Shown: positions 19,301-31,037 of the stretch, in pieces
Position numbering within the stretch: position 1 is the stretch's first letter
How the letters are laid out: the number at the start of each line of letters is the position of its first letter
Assembly (NCBI GenBank): GCA_965112735.1
Contig: OZ218951.1
Span: 2,976,001-3,040,000 of the forward strand
Reading direction: 5' to 3'
DNA: 64,000 nt
Source of the DNA: Phaeosaccion multiseriatum
Taxonomy: Eukaryota > Protista > Ochrophyta, other classes
Translations under genes and position numbers: made by a program
Notes under the pieces: model-generated
Database searches by the model: none
The model's input: only the letters and a program-made list of their open reading frames with translations
Told to the model about the DNA's origin: nothing

Positions 19301-20348
19301 GGCTTTGGTGTCAATCGAGTCATTGGAGTCCCCCCCCCCCCTTCTTCACTGTGTTAATAATGGTACTAGTACATGGAGACAAGATGTGGTGGAAAGGCTT
19401 TTTTAACATTGAGTGGTACTGACTGGCTGAGTGAGTGAGTGGGTGAACAAGTACTGACTGACTGACTGACTGAGTGAGTGAGTGAGTGAGTCAATGAAGA
19501 AGTGAACAATACCGATTGATTGCTAAGCTCTCTCTATTCACAGATATTTTTAGCCGATGCACATGCTTCATGGCTCTCATGGCAAGGCGATGGCCCCTCA
19601 AGGCAAGGAAGGCCCTATGCTTGACATCCCTCCAAGACGCTTGACATCCCTCCAAGACAGCTCTGCCGTTGATAGCCCGCGAAGACAGCTCTTTCGTTGA
19701 TATCCCGCGACAACAGCTCTGTCCCCATTGCTCGTGGGGGGAGAGAAAGCGCTGCACACACCATTGAAGATGTCATTGATGGACTCAAGACATGGATCCT
19801 CCCCTCCTCCTCCTCCTCCTCCTCCTCGTCCTCCTGCTGCTGCTGCTGCTCCTCCCACTGGGCAATGATGATGGGCTTGATGATTCCTTCTTGGCAAACA
19901 GTTGCTTTGGTTGCTCTCTTCATCAGACGTGGAGGAAGACAAAGCAAGCCGCGCAAAAGTCTAAACAAAGTTGGGCGCCTGTCTCCGACTTTGCTGATGC
20001 TTTTGTGTGCTTTCTCTCCCTCCGCGTTTGATGGTACATCTAGAGCTACACGCGACCCCAACGCTGTGCATTGCCTTGGACACTCCAGCACCGCTCCGTC
20101 GTCTGCTGGGCTGCCCACAGCTTGCCAAATGCCCCCCAACCCCCCCCCCCCCTCCTCCCCTCGGATGGCTCACCGTACACAAGCCCCGAGAAAAGCACCC
20201 AGACGACGAGAACAACAAACAGCGCAAGACCACAACCCCAGATGGATGGAGCAGGTCTCGACCGTCCCACGATAGGGGAAAGGAGCATTTGCAGTACAAA
20301 ACATCGTCTCCGGGACCGAGCCAGTCCATCTGTCCGTCCCTCTTCTGA

Positions 20349-21200
20349 TCACCAAGCGGTATCGTGCTGCCTCTTCCAGTCATTGAGGCTTGTCTTGAAT
20401 CCCTCAGAGAGGGTATCCATTTCTGAGCGAAGGTCCTCGATGGCTGTAGCAAGCACGTCGTGAGGGCCATTCTCGCCTGTCGTCTGGACCTTTAGGATCA
20501 TTTTGTTATCCAGGGGGTGCGGGTGCATGTAGCCTGAAGGAGGAGCAAGGGACGGCAAGAAGAGCAGTCAGCAGCAGACTTCACAGACTCTGTTTAGTCT
20601 GACACCTCTAACCAACCCGATGTCTCATCCCCCACATTGTGCCCCGTCTCACCACCCACCTGCAAAGCGAACTTGTCGGTCTTGAAGCAGTTGCCTGCGT
20701 ACCCCGCGGGAGGGAGAGAGAGAGAGACAGAGAGAGAGAAGGGGGGGGTGGGGGGGAGGGAGAGAGGGAGAGGAAGAGGGAGACAGCGAGAGAGGGAGAG
20801 GGAGACAGCGAGAGGTTAGGACGGGGGGGGACCTGCGTGCTCTGGGTGGGTTCTGTTTGCGTCCCAGGATGATTGTCTTAGGCGGGGGACTTACATTCGG
20901 ACCAAGTTCGTAAGGGTGTGGTCTTCCTTCTGTATGATGAAGGCCCCTGCGTGAGGTACTTTCGTGTCTGGAATGTAGTCCAATCTGATTGAGAAATGGG
21001 GAAGGATGGGAGCAGAAAGGAAAGTCAGGAAGGGGAAGAGGGGACTGCAGAACGCAAGACGTTTAAGATTTAGATCCTCAGTCCCACACCCTACTTCCTG
21101 GCAGCTGAACCTCTCCCCCTCCCCCTCTCCTTTCCTTCCCCACTCACTTCTTGTCCTCTTCCCCCAGTCTCCAGGAGTCCGAGCGATCGGGAGCGTTCAT
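20349..21200 (-). CDS. RPB11: RNA polymerase II subunit RPB11; 4 exons
   Basis: Exons 21200-21148, 20984-20895, 20694-20660 and 20533-20349 give MNAPDR...KEDHTLTNLVRMQLL..VRFAGYMHPHPLDNK..LKVQT, the RPB11 signature. Confidence 0.93.
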
Positions 21201-21630
21201 GGCTCCCTCACAATGATGGGCGCCTTGGCCATCTCGTATTGCAAGGGCCTGGGCCGGGCCTGCCTCTAAAAGTAAAGATGGATCAACTACCCTCATCAAG
21301 AGCGTCGAGTAGGGAGAGGTTCAGCTGCCAGGAAGTAGGGTTGTGGGAGTGGAGGGTGCGGAGGGGAGAAGAGGCTGGCCCCTGGAGAATTGGCGAAAGA
21401 GCAATGCAGGCGGGGAAAGCGGCGTCTTGAGGGATATCCTTGAGGGGCCGTTTATCGTTTTATAGCCCCGCCTTTGTCCCCTGGTGTCCATCGAAGGAGA
21501 TCTTGGAGCCTCATGTAAAGCTGCAGTCTTATCGCGTGTGCTCACGCGAACAACTCTCTCTCTCTCTCTCCTTGACAAGAACAAGGGACGTTGTGGGCGA
21601 AGTTGTTCGGACTGGACGACGACAGGGGAG

Positions 21631-24600
21631 ATGGCTTCATCGCCTTCCTTCCACCACCATCATCACCACCACCGGCCTTCGTCGCCGTACTCCGGAAGCG
21701 CGCTGGAAGAGTCTGAGGATGTGCTGGCCGCCCTCAGCGCCGCACTGGGGGGAGTTGGGGACAATGGTACAAGCAGTGAGCACATCGGCGTTGGCTCCTC
21801 CTCCTCCTCCTCTGGGAGAAAGAACAAGGATGATGAGGGGGTGCTGATGGCCACACCCGCGGCAGGCTCCTTACCCTCTTCCAGGAGAGGTAACAGCAAC
21901 AGTAACAGTGCGAGTACAGGTAGGAACAGCAGCCATCTATTTTACCCCGACTCTTCCGCGTATATGAGCGGAGGCAGTGGTGGTGGTGGAGAGGACGACG
22001 GTCTTCGGCTTCTACAGCAGCAGCTTTCTGTCGTACAGCGCATACGCAAGGAGCACGAGCGCAAGGATGCGCTGGTTGAGAAGCTGCAGCAGAGGCTGGG
22101 CGAGTTGGAGGAGGTGGAATCGAAGGCCGAAGCCCTCGCGAAGACCAACAAGTCACTACAGCAGCAGTGCTCCTCGGCGGAAGAGCGTGGTCGAGCGCTG
22201 GACAAGGCTGCGGTGGAGAGTCAGCTTGAGTACACAGTGTTACTGGAGCAGCTCAAGGCGTCGCTTGGAGAGGCGGAGGAGCGCCTCGGGCAGTCTTCCC
22301 ACCTTCTCTCCAAGGAGCGAAAGAGGGCGAACCGCGCCGAGGAGAGGTGTGCAGAGCTGGAGAGGGGGCTTGCCGATGCTCGAGGGGAAGCGGAGGGACT
22401 CATGGAGGAGATGACAGCGACCAAGACCGCCCTCGGAGAGGAGCGGAGCGAAAAGAAGCACACCGAGGAGGTGTTGCTGCAGCAAGTACAGGCCAGGACG
22501 GAGGAGGTTTCGAACCTTCGAGAGGCGGAGCAGGGCATGGGGAGGGAGCTGGCCCAGACAGAGGAGCAGCTGCGGCACTTCCAACAGCGGGCGGTTGACT
22601 TGGAGGAGGTGGTGCCGGAGCTAAGGAGCCAGAACGCCGCCTACGAGGAGCGTGTGAGGGAGATGGAGGTGGAGCTCGCCCAGATGGAGGCGTACCGCTT
22701 GGGAGTGGAGAGAGCGGCGCCCTTGGAGGCTGCGTTGGAAGATGCCATGGGACGACTTGGGCAGTTGGAGGAGGAGCTGGCGGAGCGGAAACAGCAGGCA
22801 GAGGCCTGGCAGCAGGACAAGACGGCATGGCAGGCCACGGTACGTACGCACGAAGAGTGCGGGGCCAAGCGGGAGGAGGTCATTGCCACCATGAAGGCAC
22901 AACTAAAGGAGGCAGACGGACTGCAGCGCGAGCTGGGCCAGTGCATGGCGGAGAGAGATGCCTTGTCGGTCAAGCTGGGCCAGGCGACAGAGGCGGCGGC
23001 GCGAGAGGTGGGTATGGCAACAAGCCGTGCCCTGGGCTGCCAAGCCGCTCTCGAACTTGCCATGGAGGTGGTGGAGGAACTCGGGGAGGTGGCACGGGAC
23101 TTGCTCTCTGCCATGGCGAGCATTGACGCCTCCACACAGCAGCAACAGCAGCAGCAGCAGTTGGTGATACAGCAGCAGGCGGGGGGAGGGGCGGCGCGCT
23201 TTCACTTGTGTGACGGTGGTAGGGGGGGTGGTGGGGGCGGAGATGAGAGTGCGCTACTGCCGGAGGAGGATAGCAATAATAATGCTGTTGCTGCTGCTGT
23301 GGCTACTTCTGCTGCGGCGGCGGCAGCGGCGGTGGCGGCGTTGGCTGAGCTGGAGGGCAAGCTGAAGCGGAAGACATCAGCATCGACGGGGGGTAGCAGC
23401 AGCAGCAGCAGTAGCAGCAGAAGCGGCGCGGTTGCGGAGCCTCTGTCTCAACGCGAGAGGGAGGAGCAGGAGCAGCAGATGACTCGACTCATCGGTGCCC
23501 CTCTGCGGCTCTTGGTCCGGGAGCTCAAGGCCGTGGCTCTAAGCCTCACGGGGGCCAAGAGAGAGCAGCGGCAGACCGCACTTCAGGCCATGGGGACGGC
23601 GCACGCTGTGGACCAGTTGAGGACGGAGCTTCGAGACGCAGATGAAGCGTTACAGAATTTGAAGAGGGAGGAGCAGAGAGCGGTGAGCACACGAGAGGAC
23701 TTGGAGAAGCGACTTCAGGACTCTGTAGCTCAGCTGAGTGAAGTGGGCAGTGAGCTACAAGACACCCGTAAGGCGCACAGTCGAGAGCAAGGGCAGTGGC
23801 TGGAGCTGGTAGAGGCGCTCCAGCGAGGCTTGCTGGAAGTGGGGGGGAGCAGCACTGGCAGCAGGGCCAGCAGCGGCGGCGGCAGCAGCCGGAAGGTGAC
23901 AGCGCCGGCATCAACAGCAGCAACAGCAGCAGCGGCAGGAGGGGGACAGGCAGGGAGTCAGCCAGTGGTGGCCTGGGACGACGACGGCCGAGACGACGGC
24001 CGAGGAGCGGCAGTATCATCCCTCGTGGACCCGCAAATTGCAGCGGCAAGGGAAGGGCTGAGAACTTTGCTCCAGCGCTGCTCCGCCATGACCCTTGCGA
24101 CCCAGCATGTTGAGGAGAGCGAGGCGGAGATGGGACGCCTCAGGGCCGCCCTCACCAGAGCTCAAGCGGAGGCGCAAGCCTCTGCCGCAGCCTCTGCAAA
24201 TGCCCTGGCGCAGTACCAGACGGAGCGAGAGAGCGAGATGGAGACTCTTCGGGAGAGGGTGAAGGAGCTGGGTAGGCAGTTCGACAAGGCTGCTGCGGTG
24301 GTGCAGGCCCAGCAGCAGATCGTAGCCCATGGCGAGGCCGCCCGAGAGGTTGTGCGCCTGCTCTCTTGCTTGGGCGTGGGCCTGGCGGAGCGGTGTGTCC
24401 GAGTCGAGATGGAGAAGGGCCTGCTCAAGAAGTTGGCGCGAATCAGCGGTGTGGCCAGCAGCAATGCAATGTCCTTCTTCGTCCGAGAGGCAGAGGAGCT
24501 TGCCGAATCATGCCGTGAGCAGGGCCCGCCTCCTCAGGCCCAGGGGGGGGACGCTCACCTGCCTACTGATGCTGCAGCAGCAACAACCTTACTTGGACCT

Positions 24601-25962
24601 GTGGAAGCGGCTCGCTGCGGTGCTTCAGCAGGGGTTTACCTTGTCAGTTTCCGAGCAGTGGTGGTGGCGGTGCTGGCGGCCAATCGTCTACGCAGACTTG
24701 TTTCCTCATCAAAGTACGATGAGGACTGCGATGGCGCCAGCTCTCCCCATACCCCTCCTGCGCTTCGTCAGTATAGCGACGACAAGGGCAGCTCATTGTC
24801 TTGTGTGCACGTCAGAGGAGTGCTCCTCCCCTTGCCGACAGTGGGGAGGAGCTGCGTGGGTCACGAGGGCCTGGAGCGGCTCCTGTCGGCGTTGATTCAT
24901 CATCGCCAGCAGCAGAAGCAGGACGAGCAAGAGACAAAGAAAGGGGAAGGGTTGCTGTATGGGAATCACTTTGATCAGCAACGAGTGGTAGACGAGCTCC
25001 TCGGGGGGACATGGCGGCAGCAGTGGGGACGAGGGAAGGCGGGGAGGAGGGAGCTCGAGCAAGATCGTCAAAGACCACGAGAATGGGACCATCGGAAGCA
25101 GCACCCGCAGCATCAGCAGCAGCAGCAGCAGGAGGAGGAGGGGGAGGGACCGAGGAACTGGTCTGTCTCTTTGTTGGGCAGACTGGCTCGTGGCAGGGGT
25201 ACGCACCTGCACCAACTTCAGCGCAGAGGACTGGTTGAGAATGAGGAGGGCAGCAGTAGCAGTAGTAGCAGGAGTTGCAGCAGAAGTACAAGTCTGAATC
25301 GCGTGGTAGCGTCGAGGGCGCTTCGTATTGTGATGCCCTCAGTACCTTTCGGAGGAGGAGAGGAGGCGCGTCGTGTGCTGAGTTTGCTGCGGGCAGGCGT
25401 GGCGGGCCTCACTCAACGGGCTAGGGATAGGCAAGAGAAGGCGCTTGCCAGCGAGGAACGAGTCCGGAGCTTGACGCAGGCCTTGGCGGAGGGGGAGGAG
25501 GCCAAGAGCGAGATGGAAGGACTCCTGGAGAAGGAGAGGAGCCTGGTGCAGTTCTTGGAGGGGAGAGTGGGACAGCTACAGCAGCAAGAGCAGCAGCAGG
25601 AGGAGGGGGAGGAACATCGCATCGGGGCAAGTGAAAGCGCTGCAAACGTTGCAGGTGTGGTAACTGTGACCATGGTGCCGGAGACAAAGGTCTTAGACAT
25701 GGCTGCGCAGCTCGCCCGGGCGGAGGGCGACTTGGAAAAGACTCAAGCGGCGCTGCGCTCGACAGAGGAGAGGCTCAAGGCATCTGTTGGCAGGGCGAAG
25801 CACTCGAAGGAGGCCCTAAGGGCACTCAAGAGCAAGGCACAGGAGGATCGGGACAGATCGAGACAGAGGGCGGAGGCGTTCGAGAGGGAGGAGAGGGTGA
25901 GGAGGGCCTTGCAGGAGGAGCTCGTTCGCTTACAGGCATACGTCACGCGCTCGGATAGATGA
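21631..25962 (+). CDS. Large intronless coiled-coil protein, CCDC171-like
   Basis: Uninterrupted ORF from the first ATG at 21631 (1443 aa) with long heptad regions. SFRAVVVAVLAANRLRRL resembles the conserved FR..V.AVLAANRL motif of CCDC171. Confidence 0.7.
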   Translation: MASSPSFHHHHHHHRPSSPYSGSALEESEDVLAALSAALGGVGDNGTSSEHIGVGSSSSSSGRKNKDDEGVLMATPAAGSLPSSRRGNSNSNSASTGRNSSHLFYPDSSAYMSGGSGGGGEDDGLRLLQQQLSVVQRIRKEHERKDALVEKLQQRLGELEEVESKAEALAKTNKSLQQQCSSAEERGRALDKAAVESQLEYTVLLEQLKASLGEAEERLGQSSHLLSKERKRANRAEERCAELERGLADARGEAEGLMEEMTATKTALGEERSEKKHTEEVLLQQVQARTEEVSNLREAEQGMGRELAQTEEQLRHFQQRAVDLEEVVPELRSQNAAYEERVREMEVELAQMEAYRLGVERAAPLEAALEDAMGRLGQLEEELAERKQQAEAWQQDKTAWQATVRTHEECGAKREEVIATMKAQLKEADGLQRELGQCMAERDALSVKLGQATEAAAREVGMATSRALGCQAALELAMEVVEELGEVARDLLSAMASIDASTQQQQQQQQLVIQQQAGGGAARFHLCDGGRGGGGGGDESALLPEEDSNNNAVAAAVATSAAAAAAAVAALAELEGKLKRKTSASTGGSSSSSSSSRSGAVAEPLSQREREEQEQQMTRLIGAPLRLLVRELKAVALSLTGAKREQRQTALQAMGTAHAVDQLRTELRDADEALQNLKREEQRAVSTREDLEKRLQDSVAQLSEVGSELQDTRKAHSREQGQWLELVEALQRGLLEVGGSSTGSRASSGGGSSRKVTAPASTAATAAAAGGGQAGSQPVVAWDDDGRDDGRGAAVSSLVDPQIAAAREGLRTLLQRCSAMTLATQHVEESEAEMGRLRAALTRAQAEAQASAAASANALAQYQTERESEMETLRERVKELGRQFDKAAAVVQAQQQIVAHGEAAREVVRLLSCLGVGLAERCVRVEMEKGLLKKLARISGVASSNAMSFFVREAEELAESCREQGPPPQAQGGDAHLPTDAAAATTLLGPVEAARCGASAGVYLVSFRAVVVAVLAANRLRRLVSSSKYDEDCDGASSPHTPPALRQYSDDKGSSLSCVHVRGVLLPLPTVGRSCVGHEGLERLLSALIHHRQQQKQDEQETKKGEGLLYGNHFDQQRVVDELLGGTWRQQWGRGKAGRRELEQDRQRPREWDHRKQHPQHQQQQQQEEEGEGPRNWSVSLLGRLARGRGTHLHQLQRRGLVENEEGSSSSSSRSCSRSTSLNRVVASRALRIVMPSVPFGGGEEARRVLSLLRAGVAGLTQRARDRQEKALASEERVRSLTQALAEGEEAKSEMEGLLEKERSLVQFLEGRVGQLQQQEQQQEEGEEHRIGASESAANVAGVVTVTMVPETKVLDMAAQLARAEGDLEKTQAALRSTEERLKASVGRAKHSKEALRALKSKAQEDRDRSRQRAEAFEREERVRRALQEELVRLQAYVTRSDR

Positions 25963-26023
25963 GATGATGGATTATAAGCAGTTCCTCACATCAGGGGTTG
26001 AAAGGGGGGGAAGAGGGGAAGAG

Positions 26024-26090
26024 CTCAACCCCTGGATGTATTCACTATCCGCTATCCGCTATCGCCGGCACACGCACGGACCGGTCCGTT
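26024..26090. mobile_element. Fragment related to the 5751-5937 MITE, upstream of AOX
   Basis: tcaacccctg...ctatccgctatccgctatcgccggc...ccggtccg matches the left end and internal motifs of the 5751 element. An inverted caggggttga lies at 25992. Confidence 0.45.
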
Positions 26091-26292
26091 TTGAATCGTT
26101 TTATTCGGTTTCGTCTTCTTTTTTTTTCGGGGCCACAATTCTAAAAGTAAAATTCCCCCGTTCTCCCCTTCCCTCGAACAAAGAGGCGGCATCCCCACTT
26201 TTAAGAGCCAGCCCGCTGCGTCAGATCACTTGTCCCCCCCATTCACTATCGTGCTCGCACAAGTGCATATATAGCATACCAAGAGAATAGGA

Positions 26293-29200
26293 ATGTCGAG
26301 CTTGTTAGCAGCAGCGGGGAAGCGGGAGGTGGCAGCGATGAGCGCTGTGGCGCCGTCCATGCAAAGACTGGCCTCCACCCTGTCCTCTTCGCCTTCCCCG
26401 CCGGGCCAGGCCCAGGAGCGTTCTCGGAAGAACTTGCGGGAGGGCCTGGCACAGAGGGAAGAGCGAGCCCTGCTCACCACGGCCTTCTCCTTTCACCGCC
26501 ACGCCTCCGCTGCTGCCGCGGCCTCCGTGCGGCAAACGACGAGGAACATGATCCCCACCCCCGCGCTGTTCAGCAGCAGCAGCAGCAGCGGCGGTGTGGG
26601 TTCCCGCGCAGGAGGGCGCCTGCCTGGAGGCATGATTCTGGCCTCTCCCCTTATGACCGCGTCGAGGAGAGGCATGGCCACTGCTTCGGTGAGACCTGAG
26701 AAGAAGAACAAATTGGCGAACATCTGCCATTTAGTCTATCGAGGGTTTGCGGGGTTGAGAGGGAGGGGAGAGTCTCTGTTTACTTTCTGATCGCTCATGG
26801 CCACCACGCACCAGAGAGATGGGGGAGCTTTCCTTCTCCTTCGGCCCAGGGCTGTCCTCTGTGCACCAGCCATGCCTTGCCCTTGCCCCCTCCTCATCCG
26901 TGAAATCCCTGCCGCCCGTATGCTGCTGCTGCTGTGGGGCTGGTCTCTCCACGCAGCCACAGCCAACCCCAAAGGAGCTGGAGGCGGATGAGAAGGAGTA
27001 TATCAAGAGCGCTTCCCATTTCAAGCTCTCCACGGCGCCGCACCCCCTGCGCACGCACGACAGCAAGGAGAAGAAGACCCGGGTGGAGACGGCCGCGATG
27101 CAGGCGGGCAACGTCGCACCGGCCACTGGCGACGCCCCGGCGGAGAGGGTTGATTTTTATCAGGAGAAGGACGAGGAAGCGCACATTCCCAAGGGGCTTT
27201 GCCACCTGGAGGTACGATAAAGGGACACCGACAGCGTAGTAGAACAAGACAAGACTGTGTGTCTAGCTTTGCTTTCCCTGCAAGGGGTATGCCACCACTC
27301 TCACCCCCCCTCCCTCAACTCCTCTCTCCCCTTGACGATACCCCTACCTCCATCCCCCCCCCCCCCCCCAATCTCCTACCCCACGCTCCTCACCCACCCC
27401 CTCATCCGGCAGTGGAGCGGGTACGAAAACCCCGTGTGGTCTGCCGAGGAGACCAACGCCGTCAAAGTAACTCACAAGCAGCCGGAGGACTTCTCGGACC
27501 GAGTGGCCCTAGGGTTGGTCAGGGTCCTGCGTACGTCCTTCGACTACATCGCAGGCTTCAAGACGGGGCCCGTGAGCGAGGACAAGTACCTGCTCCGCTG
27601 CATCATTCTGGAGACGGTGGCGGGCATCCCGGGCATGGTGGCGGGGTCCATAAGACATCTACAAAGTCTTCGTAGTATGAAGAGAGATCACGGATGGGTG
27701 AGTGAGTGAGTGAGGAAATGAAGAGAATAAAGAAAAATGTATGAGTGAGTGACGAGTAAGGGAGTGAGCGAGTGACGAGGGAGTGAGTGAGTGAGTGAGT
27801 GAGGGATCGAGTACGTGAGTGAGTGAGTGAGTGAGTGAGTAAGGGAGTGAGCGAGTGAGTAAGGGAGTGAGTGAGTGAGTGGGTGAGTGAGGGATCGAGT
27901 TTGGGAGTGAGTGAGTGAGTGAGTGAGTGGGTGAGTGAGTGATTAAGGGAGTGCGTGAGTGATGTGATGTGATTGAGTTGTGTGCCTTGTGTGGGCTGGT
28001 TAGAGCGCGGATGATGAGCACAAGACAGAGGGAGGGGAGCCGAGGCTTGGAAGATAACCATGGCGGAACCCCTCGTTGGGTCGCCGGTCGAAGGATGTCG
28101 CACATGCTGCTGTACCGCACCGACGCAGAGCGGCACGGGAAAGGAGTCATGTTCTCTGCACACGTCCTTCGCGCGACCCACAGCACACTCCCCCCCTTCG
28201 TCAATCGACTTACTCACCTCCGCATCCATCTATCTTCACGTCCTGCCATGAACCCCTCCCCTGCCCGCTTTCCCTACCCCACTTGTTGCCTCTCTACCTC
28301 CCTTCCGTGATGCTGCCCATCCATGTGCGTGGTGTGCAGATTCACACTCTGCTTGAAGAGGTACGTTTCCCCATGCGTTGGTGAGAGCAAGTCCACCTTT
28401 AGTCTCTGGTGTGTAAACACTCGTCCTGCAGCTGGTGGGGACTGCTGCTGCCATGTTCTTGCTGCGCCTCGGGCTCCTGCGCCCATCTATTGCAGGAGGC
28501 TTTGAGCAAAAAACGCAAATGCCGCTGACCTCCTGCTTGACGCCTTGGCACACACTCACATATGCACACATACGTACACCCCCTCTAGGCTGAGAACGAA
28601 AGGATGCACCTCCTGACCTTCCTCAAACTCAAGCGCCCCGGACCACTCATGCGATTCAGCGTCTTGGTTGCCCAAGTGAGTGCGTGCGTGTCGCGTGCGC
28701 GTGGTGCCAGTGTTTGTCGGCCTGTCACAGATGGGTGCCTGTCTTTCTTGTGTCTGTCTGTCTGCCTGACTCTCTCTCCCTCTCCCTCTCCCTCTCCCTC
28801 TCCCTCTCGGTATCATGCTCCCATCCTCCATCTGCACCCCCTTCAGGGAGTTGGGTGGAACGTGTTGTTCTTTCTTTACCTCATGAACCCCAAAATCGTC
28901 CATCGCACGGTCGGCTACATTGAAGTAAGTACATCAACATGTGTAGCAGTGTAGCTCCTCCGCAGCCCAGCACACAGCTCGGCCGAACAGCCCCCAAGCT
29001 CTATGAGCAACTACGTCCACCGATTCGCTCTGTTGGCTCACCCACCCCACACACACACCCTACATGCCTCTATTTGCCGCGTGTTTGTCTTTGCCTGCGT
29101 CTGCCCATGTGCTCTTTGTGTGCCTTTGCCCTCTGCAGGAGGAAGCGGTGCACACCTACACCGTGCTGCTCGAGGACATTGACAACGGAAAGCTCCCTCT

Positions 29201-30001
29201 CTTCGAGAATCTTGACGCGCCAATGGTACGTGCGAGCGCGGGTACTTACGTGCCCGGCCGGCGGGAGCGATCGAGGGAGGCAGAGAGTGGTCCCCTCCTT
29301 TGGTCGGCTCTAGCTGGACATCATGCCTGGGCCTGCTCGCACAAGTATCTGGAACCCTTTGAAGTGGATCCACTCTCTCATACCAATCACTCCCAACGCA
29401 ATCGCCTTACTCCCCTCCCCTCCCCTCCTCTCCCCTCCCCTGCAGATCTCCAAGAACTACTGGAAGCTCGGCGAGGACGCGAAGTTTCGCGAGCTCATCC
29501 TGTCCATCCGAGCAGATGAGGCCAACCACCGATTGGTAAGTACTAGCAGTGTCTGCTTTCATCCTACCACTGACTGGCGCTCTGACTTTACGACCGAGCC
29601 AAAGACAGCTGCGAAGCTGACTCCCTCCTCATGCGGATGTACTTACGTCGACACGGATGTTTAGACTGGGTCGAAAAAGACTCCTGCCCATCCCCCTCCC
29701 TGCTGCTGCCTCGCGCCTCACCACCTCCATCTCACCCCCTCCCGCACCCCCCCCCCCCCTCCCCCTCTCTCTCCTCTCCCCTTATCCCGTCCCCACCCCT
29801 GTTATGAAGGTGAACCACACCTTCGCGGACCTGCACGCGAACTTCAAGGAGAACGATGTGAACCCTTTCCTGATCCACGAGACCGTCGAGAAGCACGAAA
29901 AGAGCACGGTGGAGCAGAGCGACGGCCGCGTGTCCGATCCCCTGACCAGTGGCAAGGCGGGCAACAAGGCCCAGACGGGAAGTGTGGAGCCGCAAAAGTA
30001 A
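26293..30001 (+). CDS. AOX: Mitochondrial alternative oxidase (ubiquinol oxidase); 9 exons, 496 aa
   Basis: Exons 26293-26688, 26957-27211, 27413-27697, 28340-28360, 28589-28675, 28847-28924, 29139-29225, 29446-29535 and 29810-30001. Di-iron motifs LETVAGIPG, LLEEAENERMHL, IEEEAVHTY and RADEANHR; Arg/Ser/Ala-rich leader. Confidence 0.95.
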
Positions 30002-30730
30002 CCCTGCTTACTTCTTCAGAACGCCGCCCAACTTGTCGCGTGCCCGTCACCCACAAGTGTTCAAGGAGAGGACTGCACAATGGCAAAGACGCTCTTGACA
30101 GCAGAAGAGAGATAGAGAGAAGGAGCTTTGGTATGTGCGTGTGTGTGTGTGTGTCCTTCTGGGTGCAGATCTTACTGAGCAAAGAGCGGCATGGGGCCAG
30201 CAGCGGAGCAGCCAGGCCCTGCCCGAAGAGGAGACATAGGAGGAGGAGGAGGAGGAGGAGGAGGAGGAGGAGGAGGAGGAAGGGGAGGAGGAGGAGGAAG
30301 GGGAGGGCGGATGGCGGAGCTCAAAGTGGCGTGCGTGCGTGTGTATCCTTTCAAAGGTGTTGCTATGCCTGCTGTGACGTAAGTATCTTCATTTCCTTTG
30401 TCATTTTTGTAAAATTTGAGTTCCCCTTGGCCTTGGAGGGGGGGGATTCAAGCACCTCCCACCTTACTTGGTACTGCTTATAATAATCATAACCATTGCG
30501 TTGCCGCATTTTGAGCGCAGAATTGATATTCAAAGCATCCAGAAGAAAAAAGAAGGAGAAAGAAAAACTCAAGTACTCGGGGTGTTGGTGCAGCGAGTCG
30601 CTGTCGTCGCCCCCCTGTGAGTGCACGGGTTGCACCCTGCTTTGCAGGTCCAGCAGCCACTGCCCCACGCTCTGTCTCACACTCTGAGCCTCGCTCCACC
30701 AGCTCCGAGAAGCCCTCCCACCCCCCTTCC

Positions 30731-30989
30731 CCCTCCTCCTCCTCCTCCTCCTCCTCCTCCTCCTCCTCCTCCTCCTCCTCCTCCTCCTCCTCCTCCTCCT
30801 CCTCCTCCTCCTCCTCCTCCTCCTCCTCCTCCTCCTCCTCCTCCTCCTCCTCCTCCTCCTCCTCCTCCTCCTCCTCCTCCTCCTCCTCCTCCTCCTCCTC
30901 CTCCTCCTCCTCCTCCTCCTCCTCCTCCTCCTCCTCCTCCTCCTCCTCCTCCTCCTCCTCCTCCTCCTCCTCCTCCTCCTCCTCCTCCT
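30731..30989. repeat. (CCT)n tract of ~260 bp just upstream of FDH; complementary (AGG)n at ~30238-30300
   Basis: Directly visible. Confidence 0.95.
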
Positions 30990-31037
30990 AGCGCCATCTG
31001 TGAGAGTACCCTTTTTCCAATCCCTCATACAGACATC

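Noticed and set aside
19491-20348. Possible gene between the membrane-protein gene and RPB11, plus short 19-29 bp degenerate repeats at ~19620-19720
   Set aside because: No coherent start, splice pattern or recognisable motif; likely convergent 3' UTRs.
21484-21630. GTG-initiated N-terminal extension of the coiled-coil ORF
   Set aside because: This is a eukaryotic gene; the first ATG at 21631 is the plausible start and the extension lies in the shared promoter with RPB11.
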